Positions 22,168 to 32,340 of a stretch of 64,000 nt of DNA are shown here, in pieces. Source of the stretch: Vulcanimicrobiota bacterium (lineage in GTDB: Bacteria > Vulcanimicrobiota > Vulcanimicrobiia > Vulcanimicrobiales > Vulcanimicrobiaceae); contig CAWGBN010000008.1 in NCBI GenBank assembly GCA_963820825.1, positions 320,001 to 384,000 on the forward strand, read 5' to 3'. The position numbers and the translations under genes are program-made. The first letter of the stretch is position 1, and each line of letters starts with the position of its first letter. The notes below the pieces were generated by a model, which was not told the DNA's origin, searched no databases, and saw only the letters and a list, made by a program, of their open reading frames with translations.

Positions 22168-23489
22168 AAATCCGTGTCGGGCATCCGCGGGTCGACCGGC
22201 TGATTCATAAAGAAGGCCTCACCTTTCGGCGCCTTGATCGGCACAAAGTTGCGCGGCTGCTGGTTGAAGTCGAAGCAGTCTTGCGCCGGCGAGGTCGCTC
22301 GGGAATCGGCATCCGCAAGATGACCGAGTCCGAAGAGATCCTCGGCGAAGCGCAGCACGCTCGCGGTTTCGTAGGGCACGTGCGAGACGTAGTTCTGCTT
22401 GGCATAGGCGGAGATCACGATGAGCGGCACCCGAAAGCCGAGACCGTCAAAATCCTTGAACTTCGGCGGAACCGGATCGTAGAATCCGCCCCAATCGTCC
22501 CACTGCACGAAAACGACCGTGGAATCCCAAAAGTTGCTCTTGCCGACGGCGTTGACGACCGAGGCGACCCAAGAGGGCCCGAATCCGCCGCCGCAGGCCG
22601 GGTGGTCGGAATCGGGACAGGTCGGCGTAACCCAGGTAAAGGCCGCGAGCTTGCCGGCCTTCACGTCGGTGAGAAACTTCTTCTGCGGCGTGATGACGTT
22701 CTTCCAGTCGGGGCCGTTAAAAATATGATTGACTGCCTGATAGCTCGACCAATACCCGCTCGTCGGCACGGTGTACGCGCTGGTGTAAAAGCGCCAGTCG
22801 AGATGCGCGCCGTCGAGCTCGTCGCCGAGCGTCTGGTAGTCGAAGCAAGGCTGCTGTGAGGCGCCGATCGTGCGCTGCGCGGTGAGCGTCGCGACGGAAT
22901 CGGTCTTCCCGCCCGGGCAGCCCCACGGCGCGATCGAAGGAACGTTGACGCTCGACAGCGCCTGCGCCGCGATGACGTATTGATGGGCGACGAAACTCTC
23001 ATCGAGCTGCGACGCGAACATGTGATCGGCGACGACGAACTCGTGCGCCATGTCGAAGTACGGCTTACTCTCCTTATGCGGCACGTACGCGAACTGACCG
23101 TTCTTCGGCCCGCCCATCAGAAACTCGAGATCGAAGCCGTGGTTCGTGCACTTGGTTCCGGGCAGCTTGCCCTTCCCGTAGCAGGCTCGGAACATCGCAC
23201 TCGACGAGTGATCGATGTCGTACTGCGTCGCGAGCGAGACCGGCTGGAGCGCGATGGTCCCGCCGCGCGAGTCGATCCCTTTCGAAACGGTCTTGGCTCC
23301 CGGATACCCTTCGAAGAGATCGTTGAAGCTGCGGTTCTCTTGAACCACGTAGACGACGTGCGCGATCTTCCCGGAGCCTGATGAGCTCAGCGCTCGCACC
23401 GCCGCGCCGCCTCGCATGTATGGCAGCTGCGGGGCGGTAGAACAGCCCGCGAGAGCCAGAGCGGCAACCATCGCGGCGGTCCGGATCAT
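22164..23489 (-). CDS. Phosphoesterase/phospholipase C family lipoprotein
   Basis: LAGC lipobox; family motifs. Confidence 0.9.
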   Translation of the reverse strand: MIRTAAMVAALALAGCSTAPQLPYMRGGAAVRALSSSGSGKIAHVVYVVQENRSFNDLFEGYPGAKTVSKGIDSRGGTIALQPVSLATQYDIDHSSSAMFRACYGKGKLPGTKCTNHGFDLEFLMGGPKNGQFAYVPHKESKPYFDMAHEFVVADHMFASQLDESFVAHQYVIAAQALSSVNVPSIAPWGCPGGKTDSVATLTAQRTIGASQQPCFDYQTLGDELDGAHLDWRFYTSAYTVPTSGYWSSYQAVNHIFNGPDWKNVITPQKKFLTDVKAGKLAAFTWVTPTCPDSDHPACGGGFGPSWVASVVNAVGKSNFWDSTVVFVQWDDWGGFYDPVPPKFKDFDGLGFRVPLIVISAYAKQNYVSHVPYETASVLRFAEDLFGLGHLADADSRATSPAQDCFDFNQQPRNFVPIKAPKGEAFFMNQPVDPRMPDTDL

Positions 23490-24862
23490 TGCGCGTCGGG
23501 AATCCGCGGATCGACCGGTTGATTCAAAAAGAAGGCTTCGTCCTTGGGCGCCTTGATCGGAACGAACTTGCGCGGCTTCTGCAAGAAATTGAAGCAGTCT
23601 TTGGCCGGAGAGAGCGCGCGCGCGTCGGCGGCGGAGAGCTGATTGAGACCGAAGAGATCTTCGGCATACCGCAACACGCTCGCGGTCTCGTACTGCTTGT
23701 GCGAGACGAAGTCTTTCTTCGCGTACGGTGAGATGATGATGAGCGGAACGCGGAAACCCAGGCCGTCGTAATCTTTAAAGGGCGGCGCAACGTGATCGTA
23801 GAGCCCGCCCCAATCGTCCCACTGCACGAAGACCACGGTCGAATCCCAGAACTTGCTCTCGCCGACCGCATTGACCAACGACGTCACCCACGACGGTCCC
23901 AAGCCGCCGCCGCAGTCGGAGTGATCGGAGTCGGGACAGGTCGGCGTGATCCAGGTAAACGCCGCAAGCTTTCCCGACTTCACGTCGGTGAGAAAGCGCT
24001 TTTGCGGATTGATTACGTCCTTCTTCCAATCGGGTCCGTAGAAGATATGCTTCACCGCCTGATAGCTCGACCAGAAGCCTCCATACGGAACCGTGTACTT
24101 GTTCGTGTAGAACCGCCACGCCAAGCCGGCCTTGTCGAGTTCGTCGCCGAGCGTCTGGTAATTGAAGCACGGGACGAGGGAATTGCCGTACTGCCGATTC
24201 TTGGTGAGCGTCGAAACCGAGTCGGCGCGTCCTCCGCCGCATCCCCAGTAGAGGTCGGGAACGTCGACGGCCGAGTTCGCCTGCGCGGCGATGATGTACT
24301 GATGCGCGACGAAGCTCTCGTCGAGCTGCGAGGCGAAGGTGCGATCGGAGAGCACGAACTCGTGGGCCATGTCGAAGTACGGCTTCGACTCGTCATGCGG
24401 AACGTAGGCGTACATTCCGTAGTAGGGGCCGCCGTAGGAGCGCTCCTTATTAAAGCCGTTCATCCGGCACTCCGTTCCGGGCAGCTTTCCCTTGCCGTTG
24501 CACGCGAGGAACATCCCTTCGGCCGAATGGTTCATCTCATAGGCCGTCGTCAACGAGATCGGTTTGAGCGGAACTTTGAAGCCGTCGGAGTCCTTGCCCT
24601 TCGAGACCGTGTCGGCGCCAGGATAGCCTTGAAACATATCGTCGAAGCTGCGGTTCTCTTGAACGATCCAGACGATGTGTTTGATCTTTCCCGCGCCGCT
24701 CGTGAGCATCGTTTCGACCGTCGCGCTCCCGCCGGCTCCCGCCCCGGCGTATGGGAGTGCCGGCGCGTTCGATGCGGTACATCCGGAAAAGACGAAGACG
24801 GCGGCTGCTACCGCCGCGACTGAAAAAAGCCGGCCCATGATGGTGCCCAATGCCCCAAGCAC
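23486..24862 (-). CDS. Phosphoesterase/phospholipase C family lipoprotein
   Basis: FSGC lipobox; family motifs; first gene of a 7-gene minus-strand array. Start may be 24838. Confidence 0.9.
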   Translation of the reverse strand: MLGALGTIMGRLFSVAAVAAAVFVFSGCTASNAPALPYAGAGAGGSATVETMLTSGAGKIKHIVWIVQENRSFDDMFQGYPGADTVSKGKDSDGFKVPLKPISLTTAYEMNHSAEGMFLACNGKGKLPGTECRMNGFNKERSYGGPYYGMYAYVPHDESKPYFDMAHEFVLSDRTFASQLDESFVAHQYIIAAQANSAVDVPDLYWGCGGGRADSVSTLTKNRQYGNSLVPCFNYQTLGDELDKAGLAWRFYTNKYTVPYGGFWSSYQAVKHIFYGPDWKKDVINPQKRFLTDVKSGKLAAFTWITPTCPDSDHSDCGGGLGPSWVTSLVNAVGESKFWDSTVVFVQWDDWGGLYDHVAPPFKDYDGLGFRVPLIIISPYAKKDFVSHKQYETASVLRYAEDLFGLNQLSAADARALSPAKDCFNFLQKPRKFVPIKAPKDEAFFLNQPVDPRIPDAQ

Positions 24863-25037
24863 GGGCGCCTTCCCTCCGTTCGTTTCCGGAAGAGGCTGAG
24901 CAGGCGTCCGCCTAGCCGCCTTGAGATTATTCCCCTGGTTCGCGCGTTCCTTAAATGTCCCCCTCGGGGGAGGTAGGCGGACCTACCGGACCTAAGTCAC
25001 ACCCTCCCAGATTAGGCCTACGTTATAAGGAGCTTTT

Positions 25038-26234
25038 GTGAACGCACCCGTGAAACTTGTGGTGCCGCTTCTTGCGACACTCGCATTCGCCGCATGTAAT
25101 GCCGGCGGCAGTTCAAATTTGCCGGGCTCGCCCGGCCAGAGCATCTCTCAAGGCCACTCCGTTGTTCCGGAGTGGCAAGCTAAGCATCTCGCCCGGCGCG
25201 CCTGCCCCGACGTACCGCCGGGTTACGCGCGTTGCGACGCGCTGATCATCAACGGCGGCAACAAGATCGGCCCCGATTACCCGGGCTGGAAGCCCGCCGA
25301 TTTTCAGGCGCGCTACAAGCTGCCCATCACCCAGGGCGCCGGGCAGATCGTCGCGATCGTCGATGCGTACGACAATCCGAACGCAGCGACCGACTTGGCC
25401 ACGTACCGCACCGCGTACGGGCTCGGAACGGCGAACTTCAAGAAGTACAACCAGACCGGGCAACAGAGCAACTATCCCAAGGGCAGCCAGGGCTGGGGCC
25501 TCGAGGAAGACCTCGACATCGAAATGGCCTCGGCCTCGTGCCCGAAGTGCACGGTCTATCTCGTCGAAGCGAACGGCGCCGACACGAACGACCTCGAGAC
25601 CGCGGAAGCCGAAGCGGTAACGCTCGGCGCGCACATCGTCAGCAACAGCTGGGGATGCCCGGGCTCGAACTCCTGCGTCAGCAGTTCGTACTTCAGTAAG
25701 TCCGGCGTGGTCTTTCTCGCATCGGCCGGCGACAGCGGCTACGGCACGCAGGCACCTGCGGCGCTCGCTAGCGTCGTCTCCGTCGGCGGAACGGTCATGT
25801 CGAAGAGCGGCTCGCCGCCGGTCTACAACGAGACCGCCTGGAACGGCAGCGGCTCGGGATGCGCGACGGGCATCGGCAAACCGTCGTGGCAGCACGACAC
25901 CGGCTGCTCGTCTCGCACGATGAACGACATCTCGGCCGTGGCATTCCAAGCCTCCGAGTACGACACCTACGGTTACGGCGGCTGGTTTACGGTCGGCGGA
26001 ACGAGCGTTTCCTCGCCGTTGATTGCCGGCGTCTTCGGTCTGGCCGGCAATGCCAGCTCGCTCGATGACGCTAAGAAATTCTGGACCCTCAAGAAGAAGG
26101 CCCGGAAGAAAGCCTACAACGACATCATCAGCGGCAGCAACGGTTCGTGCGGCGGAGGCTATCTCTGCACCGCGGGCAAGGGCTACGACGGACCGACCGG
26201 TTGGGGAACACCCAAAGGCGTCAAGGCGTTCTAG
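25038..26234 (+). CDS. Sedolisin-like (S53/S8) serine peptidase lipoprotein
   Basis: FAAC lipobox; EEDLD (Glu/Asp), SAGDSG, GGTSVSSP (Ser), GYDGPTGWGTP. Confidence 0.88.
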   Translation: MNAPVKLVVPLLATLAFAACNAGGSSNLPGSPGQSISQGHSVVPEWQAKHLARRACPDVPPGYARCDALIINGGNKIGPDYPGWKPADFQARYKLPITQGAGQIVAIVDAYDNPNAATDLATYRTAYGLGTANFKKYNQTGQQSNYPKGSQGWGLEEDLDIEMASASCPKCTVYLVEANGADTNDLETAEAEAVTLGAHIVSNSWGCPGSNSCVSSSYFSKSGVVFLASAGDSGYGTQAPAALASVVSVGGTVMSKSGSPPVYNETAWNGSGSGCATGIGKPSWQHDTGCSSRTMNDISAVAFQASEYDTYGYGGWFTVGGTSVSSPLIAGVFGLAGNASSLDDAKKFWTLKKKARKKAYNDIISGSNGSCGGGYLCTAGKGYDGPTGWGTPKGVKAF

Positions 26235-26246
26235 AGAGGAGTATTT

Positions 26247-27449
26247 GTGAACGCAACCTTCAAACTCGCAGTGCCGCTGCTTGCGGCGCTCGCAATGACC
26301 GCTTGTAACGCAGGCGGTTCGAACGGCGTGCCGGGAATGGCCGGCACGTCAACTACGCAAACGCAATCACGCACCCTCCTACCGGATTGGCAAGCGAAGG
26401 GTCTGGCAAAGCCGGCCTGCCCGCAAGTCACCGGTAAAGCGACGTGCTTGGCGCTGATCCAATCCAAGAGCGGCATCCGGCCCGACGTTGCCGGTTGGGC
26501 GCCCGCCGATTTCCAGGCGCGCTACCACCTGCCGTCGGGGACGAACGGAGCCGGACAGATCGTCGCGATCGTCGACGCCTACGACAATCCGAACGTTGCT
26601 ACGGATCTCGCGAACTATCGCAGCCAGTTCGGGCTGGGAACTGCGAACTTCTTCAAGTACAACCAAGTCGGGCAACAGAGCAATTACCCAAGCGGAAGCA
26701 CCGGTTGGGGCGTCGAGATCGATCTCGACGTCGACATGGTCTCGGCTGGTTGCCCGAAGTGCACGATCTACCTCGTTGAAGCGAACAGCAACAACACCAG
26801 CGATCTAGAAGCAGCCGAAAACGAGGCTGTTGCACTCGGTGCGAAGATCATCTCGAATAGCTGGATCTGCTACGACTCGTCGTGCGGAACTTCGCAGTCG
26901 TACTTCGACACGCCGGGCATCATGTATCTGGCCGCCTCGGGCGACGCCGGCTACAACAACAACGGCCCGCCGATGTGGTTCCCCAGCGTCGTCGCGGTCG
27001 GCGGCACCGTGCTCTCGAAGAGCGGTTCCACCTACAGCGAATCGGTGTGGAACGGCGCGGGCTCGGGCTGCTCGCCGGGTCAGACGAAACCGTCGTGGCA
27101 GCACGACACGGGCTGCACCACGCGCACGGCTGCCGACGTATCGGCAGTTGCGTGGCAGGTCGCGGAGTATGACACGTATGGTTACGGCGGCTGGTTCACG
27201 GTCGGCGGCACGAGCGCGGCTTCGCCGATGATCGCGGCCGTCTACGGTCTGGCCGGCAACGCCAGCAAGATGGACGCGGCCAAGAAGCTCTGGTCGCTCA
27301 AGAAGAGGCACCGCAAGCACTGGCTGAACGACATCACGACCGGTCAAAACGGCTCGTGCAGCGGCAGCCAGGCCTACCTCTGCCACGGCGGCGCCGGCTA
27401 CGACGGACCGACGGGTTGGGGAACGCCCAAGGGCATCAAGGCATTCTAA
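26247..27449 (+). CDS. Sedolisin-like (S53/S8) serine peptidase lipoprotein
   Basis: EIDLD, ASGDAG, GGTSAASP, GYDGPTGWGTP; AGGAG RBS. Confidence 0.88.
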   Translation: MNATFKLAVPLLAALAMTACNAGGSNGVPGMAGTSTTQTQSRTLLPDWQAKGLAKPACPQVTGKATCLALIQSKSGIRPDVAGWAPADFQARYHLPSGTNGAGQIVAIVDAYDNPNVATDLANYRSQFGLGTANFFKYNQVGQQSNYPSGSTGWGVEIDLDVDMVSAGCPKCTIYLVEANSNNTSDLEAAENEAVALGAKIISNSWICYDSSCGTSQSYFDTPGIMYLAASGDAGYNNNGPPMWFPSVVAVGGTVLSKSGSTYSESVWNGAGSGCSPGQTKPSWQHDTGCTTRTAADVSAVAWQVAEYDTYGYGGWFTVGGTSAASPMIAAVYGLAGNASKMDAAKKLWSLKKRHRKHWLNDITTGQNGSCSGSQAYLCHGGAGYDGPTGWGTPKGIKAF

Positions 27450-27476
27450 TTTAGAGACGCCTTACGCCTAACAATG

Positions 27477-27504
27477 AGAGGCGGCGCATCGCGCCGCCTC
27501 TTTT
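27477..27504 (+). terminator. Intrinsic terminator (probably bidirectional)
   Basis: AGAGGCGGCGC-ATC-GCGCCGCCTCT followed by TTT, between convergent genes. Confidence 0.75.
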
Positions 27505-28846
27505 ATTGTTCGTCGGGAATGCGCCGGTCGGCGTGCTGCAGATGGAGGAACCATTCGATGCCTTTGGGCGCGCGAATCGGAACGAAGGCGCGCGGCCTCT
27601 GATTGAAATCGAAGCAATCGGCGGCCGGTGAGGTCGCGCGCGCGTCGGCCGCGGCGAGCTGCGGCAGTTTCCAAAGGTCTTCGGCAAACCGCAAGACGCT
27701 CGCCGTCTCGTACTGCACGTGCGAGACGTAGTCTCTCTTCGCGTACGGCGAGATCACGAGCATCGGAACGCGGAAGCCGAGACCGTCGTAATCCTTAAAC
27801 GGCGGCTTGACCGGATCGTAGAGGCCGCCCCAATCGTCCCACTGCACGAAGATGACGGTCGAATCCCAGAACTTGCTCTTGCCGATCGTGTTGACGATCG
27901 CGCTGACCCACGAGGGACCGAAGCCGCCGCCGCAGTTGGTGTGATCGGAGTTCGCGCAGAGCGGCGTGATCCAGGTAAAATCGGCGAGCTTGCCCTTCGG
28001 AACGTCGGTAAGAAACCGTTTCTGCGGATAGAGGACGTTCTTGGCCCAATCGGGGCCTTCGTAGATGTGCTTCACGGCCTGATAGCTCGACCAGACCGCA
28101 CCGAACCCGCTCGAGGGCGTACCGTATTGGCTCGAGTAGAACTTCCACGAGAGCCCGGCCTTGTCGAGCTCGTCGCCGAGCGTCTGATAGTCGAAGCAGG
28201 GTATCTGTCTTGGCCCGTACGTGCGATCGGAGTTCAACGTGTTGACGAAGTCGCTCGGGCCCGGCGGGCAGCCCCACGGGCCGTACGGCAAATCGACGCT
28301 CGTTTGCGCCTGCGCCGCGATCGCGTATTGATGGGCAACGAAACTCTCGTCGATCTGCGATTGGAACATGCGATCGGCGAGCACCCATTGGTGCGCCATG
28401 CTGAAGTATGGCTTCGAATCCTCGTGCGGCACGTAGGCGTACTGCGGAAACTTGATGCCCGGCGGGCCGTCGGCGAACCATTCTTTGTCGAAGCCGTCCA
28501 TCCGGCAGTGCGTGCCCGGAAGCCCTCGCGCGCTATTGCACGCCGCGAACATCGCCGTTGAGGAATGATCGATCGTGTACTTAAAGCGCAGCTTGATCGG
28601 CTGGAGCACGAGCGTCTTTCCCTTGGAATCCTTTCCGCTGGTGACCGTGTACGCTCCGGGATATCCGTAGAAGAGATTGTTGAAGCTGCGGTTCTCTTGC
28701 ACGACGAAGACGACGTGTAGAATCTTGCCGGCGCCGGTTGGAGCGGCCGGCGGGACGCCGTGCATCGGAAGCGATGCCGGCGTGCCGGACGAGCAAGCGC
28801 TTAGCACGGCTGCGGCAAGGAATGATCCCGCCAAAGGCGTCTTCAC
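27503..28846 (-). CDS. Phosphoesterase/phospholipase C family lipoprotein
   Basis: LSAC lipobox; [27 protein letters not shown]. Confidence 0.9.
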   Translation of the reverse strand: MKTPLAGSFLAAAVLSACSSGTPASLPMHGVPPAAPTGAGKILHVVFVVQENRSFNNLFYGYPGAYTVTSGKDSKGKTLVLQPIKLRFKYTIDHSSTAMFAACNSARGLPGTHCRMDGFDKEWFADGPPGIKFPQYAYVPHEDSKPYFSMAHQWVLADRMFQSQIDESFVAHQYAIAAQAQTSVDLPYGPWGCPPGPSDFVNTLNSDRTYGPRQIPCFDYQTLGDELDKAGLSWKFYSSQYGTPSSGFGAVWSSYQAVKHIYEGPDWAKNVLYPQKRFLTDVPKGKLADFTWITPLCANSDHTNCGGGFGPSWVSAIVNTIGKSKFWDSTVIFVQWDDWGGLYDPVKPPFKDYDGLGFRVPMLVISPYAKRDYVSHVQYETASVLRFAEDLWKLPQLAAADARATSPAADCFDFNQRPRAFVPIRAPKGIEWFLHLQHADRRIPDEQ

Positions 28847-28912
28847 GAGGGACGCCTTCCGCGCGGGCCTAACCTAGCCTTCCCAAGCTCTACTCGCAAA
28901 AGGAGCACACCA

Positions 28913-30142
28913 ATGAACGCATCGTTCAAACTTCTGGTGCCGCTCGCCGCAACGCTCGCAATCGTTGCATGCAATTCGGGCGGCTCTTCCAACATGCCGG
29001 CCTCCGCGGGAACCTCGACCTCGAACGGAACGTCGTCGCAAGTGCACTTCCCGCTGCACGGGCCGACGCCGTCGTGGATTGCAAAGGGCCTCGCCAAGGC
29101 CGCCTGTCCGCAAGTGACCGGTAAGCCGACGTGCCTCGCGCTCATTCAATCGAAGAGCGGAATCAATCCCATGGTCGCCGGCTGGGCACCGATCGATTTC
29201 CAGACGCGCTATCACCTGCCGTCGTCGACGAACGGCACCGGACAGATCGTCGCGATCGTCGATGCCTACGACAATCCGAACGTCGCATCCGACCTCGCGG
29301 CATATCGCAGTGAGTTCGGTCTGGGAACGGCCAACTTCTTCAAGTACAATCAGCTCGGTCAACAGAGCAACTATCCGTCGGGGAGCACCGGCTGGGGCGT
29401 CGAGATCGATCTCGACGTCGACATGGTCTCGGCGGTCTGTCCGAAATGCACCATCTATCTGATCGAAGCGAACGGTGCCGATTCGAGCGATCTCGAGGCC
29501 GCGGAGGCCGAAGCGGTAACGCTCGGCGCGCACATCATCAGCAACAGCTGGATCTGCTACGGCTCGGTGAGCTGCGTCGACTCGTCGTACTTCGATACGC
29601 CGCACGTGCTCTATCTGGCCGCGTCGGGCGATGTCGGCTATGACGAGAACGGCGCACCCGAGGCGCTCGCGAACGTCGTTTCGGTCGGCGGAACCGTGCT
29701 CGCGAAGAGCGGCTCGACCTACAGCGAAACGGTCTGGGACGGCGCGGGCGGCGGTTGCGCAACGGGCGTAACGAAACCGGCGTGGCAGCACGATCCGGAT
29801 TGTACGTCGCGTACCGACTCCGACGTCTCGGCGGTCGCGTGGCAGGTCGCCGAGTACGACACCTACGGCTACAGCGGATGGTTCACCGTCGGCGGCACGA
29901 GCGTCGCTTCGCCCTTGACCGCTGCGGTCTACGGGCTCAACGGTAACGCCGAGCACCGCCAGGCTGGGCGCCGCTTCTGGAATCTCACCAAGAAACGCCG
30001 CGCCTTGCAGCTCAACTACATCAGCAGCGGTAGCGACGGAAGCTGCGGCGGTGAGTATCTCTGCCAAGCCGGTACGAATCAGTTCGGAACCTACTCCGGC
30101 CCGGCCGGTTGGGGAACGCCGCTCGGCATCAAAGCCTACTAA
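28913..30142 (+). CDS. Sedolisin-like (S53/S8) serine peptidase lipoprotein
   Basis: IVAC lipobox; EIDLD, ASGDVG, GGTSVASP. Confidence 0.88.
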   Translation: MNASFKLLVPLAATLAIVACNSGGSSNMPASAGTSTSNGTSSQVHFPLHGPTPSWIAKGLAKAACPQVTGKPTCLALIQSKSGINPMVAGWAPIDFQTRYHLPSSTNGTGQIVAIVDAYDNPNVASDLAAYRSEFGLGTANFFKYNQLGQQSNYPSGSTGWGVEIDLDVDMVSAVCPKCTIYLIEANGADSSDLEAAEAEAVTLGAHIISNSWICYGSVSCVDSSYFDTPHVLYLAASGDVGYDENGAPEALANVVSVGGTVLAKSGSTYSETVWDGAGGGCATGVTKPAWQHDPDCTSRTDSDVSAVAWQVAEYDTYGYSGWFTVGGTSVASPLTAAVYGLNGNAEHRQAGRRFWNLTKKRRALQLNYISSGSDGSCGGEYLCQAGTNQFGTYSGPAGWGTPLGIKAY

Positions 30143-30149
30143 TAGGAAC

Positions 30150-31109
30150 TTAACGCTGCGGAGGGCCGCTGATCGCGACACCGTAGAGCGTCTCTCCGCG
30201 AATCCCCTGAGCGTGAAAGATCTTGACCGGCTTGCCGCCGTCGGGATAGGGCCAGCGTCCGACGAGCGTATCTTGTTGACCCGCGGTCGTAACGACGTCG
30301 CCGCCATCGAGCCAGAACGTAACGCCGCGATTTGCAAGTCCCTTGAGATGCGTGGTGCCGAGAACCGTCGCGCCGCTCGCCGTGACCCGTACGCGGTCGA
30401 TCGCGGCGAAACGCCGCGCGAACCCGCTATCCTCGATCGCGAGATTCGTTCCGTCGAATTCGACGCCGCCCGGGCGCACCAGCGGCGGGCTGAGCGTGAG
30501 GTTCGTCAGCGCGCTCGCGCCCTTCGCGAGCTCGGCGAGCTGGTAGCTCCCGTTCCCGTCGACGAAGAGATTCCCGTGCGTGTCGTAGCCACAGTACGCG
30601 ACGCTCATCTGCGAATCGAAGTAGCGCGTCGGCGAACCGCTCGCGTGCTTATAGACCGCGACGTTGTCGGCACCAGTCGTTCCTTGGTCGTAACTCGTCA
30701 CCGCAAGATCGCCGGTTATCGGATCGCTCGAACAGTCGGCGGCAACGTAGCCGTCGTCGCGCAGCGTCGCGATCGGGGTCGTGCCGCCGTGCGCGTACTC
30801 CTCGATGCGCGACGACGTCGCGCTCTCCTCGACCGAAAAGAAGACGTTGCCGTGCGTGTCGGCGCAGGCGCCCCAAACTTCGGCGGCGTTGGCGATGGTG
30901 AAGCTCCCGACGATGCCGCCGTGCGGGTAGTCAAAGACGAACGCGTGGCCCGCAATCGTGGCGACGTAGAGCAGCTGCGAATTCTTAACCTGCGTCCTCG
31001 TGTGGTCCGGCGGCGCGGCCGGCGACCGGGGGGTCGCCGCGATCGCGCCGCAGCCCGCGACCGTAAAAGCGAAAAGGGCCGCCGCAATGCGGTCGAAATT
31101 GCGAATCAC
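30150..31109 (-). CDS. Hypothetical lipoprotein, beta-propeller-like repeats
   Basis: VAGC lipobox; YAHGGTTPIATL and CSSDPITGDLAV repeats shared with the 43.7-45.8 kb genes. Confidence 0.8.
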   Translation of the reverse strand: MIRNFDRIAAALFAFTVAGCGAIAATPRSPAAPPDHTRTQVKNSQLLYVATIAGHAFVFDYPHGGIVGSFTIANAAEVWGACADTHGNVFFSVEESATSSRIEEYAHGGTTPIATLRDDGYVAADCSSDPITGDLAVTSYDQGTTGADNVAVYKHASGSPTRYFDSQMSVAYCGYDTHGNLFVDGNGSYQLAELAKGASALTNLTLSPPLVRPGGVEFDGTNLAIEDSGFARRFAAIDRVRVTASGATVLGTTHLKGLANRGVTFWLDGGDVVTTAGQQDTLVGRWPYPDGGKPVKIFHAQGIRGETLYGVAISGPPQR

Positions 31110-31181
31110 GTCGAGGTTATTGGCACTGGGCTCCGGGAAGCCTTCGCAAGTCCCCGAAGTCTCTTCCTAAAGGGAGCTTCC

Positions 31182-32336
31182 TTGAGCCTATCCTCAACGC
31201 GCGGAGCGTTGCTCGTTGCGACGCTCGCGGCGACGGCTTGCAGCGCCGGCCAAACCACCCTGCCGCTTGCAAGCGTTCAATCCTCCGGGGCGACGCGCGC
31301 CTGCAATGGGGACCGCGTGCACCTCGCGCAATGCGATCTGCTCCTCGAGCGACGGGGCGTCGGCCCGCGGGTCGCGGGCTGGACGGCAACCGATATCCAG
31401 ACCGCGTATAATTTTCCGTCGTCGCGAAAGGGCTACGGTCAGATCGTTGCAATCGTCGACGCGTTCGACAATCCCAAAGTGGCCTCGGATTTGGCCGCGT
31501 ATCGCTCCTATTTCGGGATGCCCAAAGCAAATTTCGCAAAGTACAATCAAGAGGGGAAGCAGAGCCACTATCCGCAGCACGCCAAAGGATGGGGCCAAGA
31601 GATCGATCTCGACGTCGACATGGTCTCTGCGGTCTGCCCGAATTGTACGATCTATCTTATTGAGGCGAAGACGAACTCGCCCACCAATCTCTATGCCGCC
31701 GAGCAGACGGCGGTGAAGCTCGGTGCGACGATCGTCAGCAATAGCTGGGGAGCCGGTGGCGGCTTTCCGTCGGGCGGCGCCTTCGATACGCCCGGCGTGA
31801 CATACGTTGCCAGCGCCGGCGACGATGGCTACGGCATGCAGGATCCGGCCGATTATGACGACGTCGTCTCGGTCGGTGGAACCGTTCTATCCAAGCACTC
31901 GGGAAAATACAGCGAGACTATCTGGGAAGATACCGGCGGCGGTTGTTCGGTTGAAAAGAAGCCGATTTGGCAGCACGATCCGCGTTGCCTGTATCGCACC
32001 GGAAACGATGTCTCCGCGGTCGCTTCGAACGTCGCCTTCTACGACACCTACGGTCTCGACGGCTGGTCGACTGCCGACGGCACCAGCGTCTCGGCGCCGA
32101 TCATCGCGGGCGCGTTCGCGCTCGCCGGCGACGCGACGAGGCAACAGGGCGGACGAAGATTCTGGCGGCTGCGCCGTTCGCGCGAACACGATCTGCATTA
32201 CATTTCGAGCGGTCAAATCGCCGGATGTCCGCCGAGCCTGCTGGGAACCTACCTGTGCAGCGCCGGCACGAATCAATTTGAAACGTACTCCGCTCCCGCG
32301 GGTTGGGGTACGCCCAACGGTATCGGCGCCTTCTAA
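31182..32336 (+). CDS. Sedolisin-like (S53/S8) serine peptidase lipoprotein
   Basis: TTG start after AGGGAG; ATAC lipobox-like; EIDLD, SAGDDG, DGTSVSAP. Confidence 0.85.
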   Translation: MSLSSTRGALLVATLAATACSAGQTTLPLASVQSSGATRACNGDRVHLAQCDLLLERRGVGPRVAGWTATDIQTAYNFPSSRKGYGQIVAIVDAFDNPKVASDLAAYRSYFGMPKANFAKYNQEGKQSHYPQHAKGWGQEIDLDVDMVSAVCPNCTIYLIEAKTNSPTNLYAAEQTAVKLGATIVSNSWGAGGGFPSGGAFDTPGVTYVASAGDDGYGMQDPADYDDVVSVGGTVLSKHSGKYSETIWEDTGGGCSVEKKPIWQHDPRCLYRTGNDVSAVASNVAFYDTYGLDGWSTADGTSVSAPIIAGAFALAGDATRQQGGRRFWRLRRSREHDLHYISSGQIAGCPPSLLGTYLCSAGTNQFETYSAPAGWGTPNGIGAF

Positions 32337-32340
32337 CTCC

